This document shows, in pieces, positions 29,409 through 32,000 of a stretch of 32,000 bases of DNA. The notes below the pieces were generated by a model that was not told the DNA's origin, ran no database searches, and worked only from the letters and a program-made list of their open reading frames with translations. The translations under genes were made by a program, and so were the position numbers. Position 1 is the first letter of the stretch. Every line of letters starts with the position of its first letter. The stretch comes from Nostoc punctiforme PCC 73102 (lineage in GTDB: Bacteria; Cyanobacteriota; Cyanobacteriia; Cyanobacteriales; Nostocaceae), in contig NC_010628.1 of NCBI RefSeq assembly GCF_000020025.1, positions 210,001 to 242,000 on the forward strand. The letters run 5' to 3'.

Positions 29409-29867
29409 ATGAATGAAGATACAAAGTTCTTTCGTATATTTGGTTCAATATTCGGCGGTGTTGGCAGCATAATTGCCGTTACGGGCATCATGATTGCATT
29501 GAATACTCGTTCCTTTATTACCTCAGCAATACCAGCACAAGGGACAATCATCGATTTGGTGCAACGTTCATCAACTGATAAAAAAGGTCGTTCTTCTTAT
29601 GCCTACTATCCAGTAATAGAATTTACCGCCCGTTCTGGGGAAACAACGGTTTTTGAATCAAATTCAGGCAGCAATCCACCAGAGTTTACTAAAGGTCAGC
29701 AGGTAGAAATATTATACAGTCCTGAAAAGCCAAATTCTGCCATGATAAAATCTTGGCTAAGTTTATGGTTTTTACCTGTTATGTTAACTGGCTTAGGATC
29801 AATTTTTGCCTTGGTTGGAGGAGTTGTACTCATCAAGTCCTTTCCGCGTTTGATAAGTTCTAAGTAA
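29409..29867 (+). CDS. DUF3592-like membrane protein
   Basis: 152 aa with TM helices at both ends around a beta-rich core (GTIIDLV...YYPVIEFT...VEILYSPEKP), matching the DUF3592 architecture as I recall it. Confidence 0.7.
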   Translation: MNEDTKFFRIFGSIFGGVGSIIAVTGIMIALNTRSFITSAIPAQGTIIDLVQRSSTDKKGRSSYAYYPVIEFTARSGETTVFESNSGSNPPEFTKGQQVEILYSPEKPNSAMIKSWLSLWFLPVMLTGLGSIFALVGGVVLIKSFPRLISSK

Positions 29868-29895
29868 AGTATTTTGGGAACTAATTTGAGGCTTG

Positions 29896-29934
29896 AAAAT
29901 AAACTCCACCAGTTCTGAGTTGAAAAGGTGGAGT
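29896..29934 (-). terminator. Intrinsic terminator of the aminotransferase gene
   Basis: Stem ACTCCACC (29903-10)/GGTGGAGT (29927-34). On the minus strand it is followed by TTTATTTT. Confidence 0.55.
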
Positions 29935-29982
29935 AAGAAATTGAAGAGTTAATAAGTTCTCTTCACAAATGACAAATGACAA

Positions 29983-31149
29983 CTAAATACGTGACTTGAC
30001 AAATTTCTCTAACCTATCCATTCCCTTTTCAATGGTTGCCATATCTGTAGCGTAGGAAAGGCGAATGTTGTCATCAGCGCCAAAAGCAATTCCAGGAATG
30101 ACTGCAACTTGATGTTTTTCCAACAAAGCGTCACAAAATTCTAGGGATTTTAGACCGGTTTTGCTGATATCAGGGAACAGATAAAACGCGCCATCTGGTT
30201 TTGCGGTACTCAATCCGGGAATGGCATTGAGTCTGTCTAGCATTACCTGTCGGCGTTTGGCGAAGGCTTGGCGCATTTCTTCGACGCAATCTTGAGAACT
30301 TTGTAGCGCTGCGATCGCACCATATTGAGCAAAGGTACACACGTTAGATGTACTATGCCCTTGGATGGTACTTGCTGCTTTAATAATTTCCACTGGCCCC
30401 GCTAAATAGCCGATTCTCCAACCAGTCATAGAATAAGCCTTCGCAAACCCATTACTGATCAAAGTGCGATCAAAAATTTCCTTTCCAAGAGAACCGATGC
30501 TGATATGTTCTGCACCGTCGTAGAGGATCTTTTCGTAAATCTCATCAGAGACGACAAAGATATCTGCATCAACTACTACCTGCGCCAGTGCTTTGATTTC
30601 GTCTGGCGTGTAAACCATCCCTGTGGGATTAGATGGAGAGTTGAGGATAAATAACTTTGTTTTGGGGGTGATTGCTTTACGGAGTTGTTCGGGAGTAATT
30701 TTATAACCCGTCGTGGCATCTGTGGGTACAATTACTGCAACTCCACCGACTAAAGTCACCATTTCGGGATAACTTAGCCAGTAGGGTGCAGGGATAATTA
30801 CCTCATCGCCTAGATCGATTAACGCCACTATCAAGTTGTACAGAGAATGCTTACCGCCATTAGTGACGATGACATTCTCCGACTTGTAATCAAGACCGTT
30901 ATCATTTTTGAGCTTATGGGCGATCGCTTCCCTTAACTTTGGTTCTCCGGCTGCTGCACCATACTTGGTTTTGCCTTCATCCAAAGCTTTGACTGCTGCG
31001 GCTTTAATATGCGCTGGGGTATCAAAATCTGGTTCTCCAGCGCTAAAACTACAAACATCTATTCCTTCTGCCTTCAGTGCCTTAGCCTTGGCTGCGATCG
31101 CTAAGGTCAATGAAGGTGTTACCTGACTTACTCTTGCTGCCAGCTTCAT
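29983..31149 (-). CDS. Pyridoxal-phosphate-dependent aminotransferase, class I (aspartate aminotransferase-like)
   Basis: 388 aa with [18 protein letters not shown] and the PLP lysine context [17 protein letters not shown]. Confidence 0.9.
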   Translation of the reverse strand: MKLAARVSQVTPSLTLAIAAKAKALKAEGIDVCSFSAGEPDFDTPAHIKAAAVKALDEGKTKYGAAAGEPKLREAIAHKLKNDNGLDYKSENVIVTNGGKHSLYNLIVALIDLGDEVIIPAPYWLSYPEMVTLVGGVAVIVPTDATTGYKITPEQLRKAITPKTKLFILNSPSNPTGMVYTPDEIKALAQVVVDADIFVVSDEIYEKILYDGAEHISIGSLGKEIFDRTLISNGFAKAYSMTGWRIGYLAGPVEIIKAASTIQGHSTSNVCTFAQYGAIAALQSSQDCVEEMRQAFAKRRQVMLDRLNAIPGLSTAKPDGAFYLFPDISKTGLKSLEFCDALLEKHQVAVIPGIAFGADDNIRLSYATDMATIEKGMDRLEKFVKSRI

Positions 31150-31260
31150 TCTTACTATATTTTGGCAAATCTTTCACTTATCTAAGGATATCCCAGAATC
31201 ATTACCGAGATTTGCTTTTTCTGAATTCGTTGGGCAATGGGGCATTGAACATGAAGAAGA

Positions 31261-31315
31261 GACAAGGGAGACAAGAGAGAGACTTGTTCAATAATTCCTC
31301 CTTGTCCCCCTTGTC
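31261..31315. repeat. Inverted pair of short-repeat-derived arms
   Basis: GACAAGGGAGACAAG (31261-75) and CTTGTCCCCCTTGTC (31301-15) are complementary with one mismatch. They lie upstream of the aminotransferase start. Confidence 0.6.
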
Positions 31316-31626
31316 TTCCTGCTCCCTATCCCTGCCCCCTACCTCTTATTTGAACCTTGATTATTGACTCTTAGCAATGTATCGTATATAACTTGATTTT
31401 TAGTGCAAAGTAACTGTTTTTATGCAGATTAAGAAACTTTTAATTACATCTTCTCTGTTAATTACTAATCTTTTTATACCTAATGCTGCCATTGCTCAAA
31501 ATCGCGGTACTCCAGGTCAGCAATTCTCATCATGAGAATGATTATAACTATCATTAGCATCTATGCAAAATTTTCAGTTAAAGGTATGGTTTTTGTATCT
31601 CAATACTCGCGAACGCAGGAGCTTTT

Positions 31627-32000
31627 TTGAATCAGCCAGGAATTTTTGACGAAATAGTACAATACTTTCAGTCAATCCTGAAAGATTTACCTGATAAGCG
31701 AACAGGCAAAAACAAACGCTATCAAATGAGTGATGCAGCATTAAGCGCATTCTCCATATTTTTTACTCAGAGTCCTTCTTTTCTTGCCCATCAAAGGTCA
31801 ATGGCACATAGTAAGGGACATAATAATGCTCAAAGCTTGTTTGGGGTACACCAAATTCCAAGCGATAACCATATCCGAGATTTACTTGATGAGATAGAAC
31901 CAACCGTTGTGGTTTCCGGTGTTTACCAAGATTTTCAAAGCATTAGAGAATGGTAAACACTTATCAAAATTTCGTTCTTTTAAAAATAATTTGCTGATAG
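31627..32000 (+). pseudogene. N-terminal part of a transposase-like gene (ISNCY/ISKra4-like, tentative), frameshifted and running off the window
   Basis: The ORF stops at 31956, but another frame continues from about 31905 to the window edge (QPLWFPVFTKIFKALENGKHLSKFRSFKNNLLI). A palindrome ATTCTCATCATGAGAAT lies upstream at about 31524. Confidence 0.45.

Overview
This window looks like chromosomal DNA from a filamentous, heterocyst-forming cyanobacterium (Nostoc/Anabaena type). The evidence is many GCGATCGC (HIP1) octamers, tandem heptamer STRR arrays such as TTGGTCA and GGGGAAT just outside genes, and the gene content. The backbone is ordinary housekeeping: leuC-leuD, glgB, an FtsL-like ORF followed by ftsI (class B PBP), ligA and an aspartate-type aminotransferase. 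Accessory genes sit between them: a heme-oxygenase-like di-iron enzyme next to a low-GC NPPY methyltransferase, a secreted tandem-repeat protein overlapping a GlpQ-like phosphodiesterase, GAF-GGDEF, a seven-blade FG-GAP/RTX protein, GT2-TPR and DUF3592. Mobile DNA is abundant. Two IS630-family copies of 1259 bp differ at only 2 positions; one of them splits a TauD-family dioxygenase exactly at a TA. There is also an IS5/Harbinger-like (DDE_Tnp_4) element, a frameshifted transposase at the right edge, and two MITE-like elements with 8-bp target duplications on either side of ligA. I found no CRISPR array, tRNA or rRNA gene, and no convincing new multi-gene system. The most unusual feature is a 56-nt, 64% GC, pseudoknot-capable insert. 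It begins with an in-frame UGA and separates the last catalytic acidic residue of the IS630 transposase from the rest of the enzyme, yet both recently transposed copies carry it. Secondary leads are the di-iron enzyme/methyltransferase pair, the repeat-protein/GDPD overlap, and two intrinsic terminators with no gene assigned to them. All calls come from reading the sequence and remembering family motifs; no searches were run.
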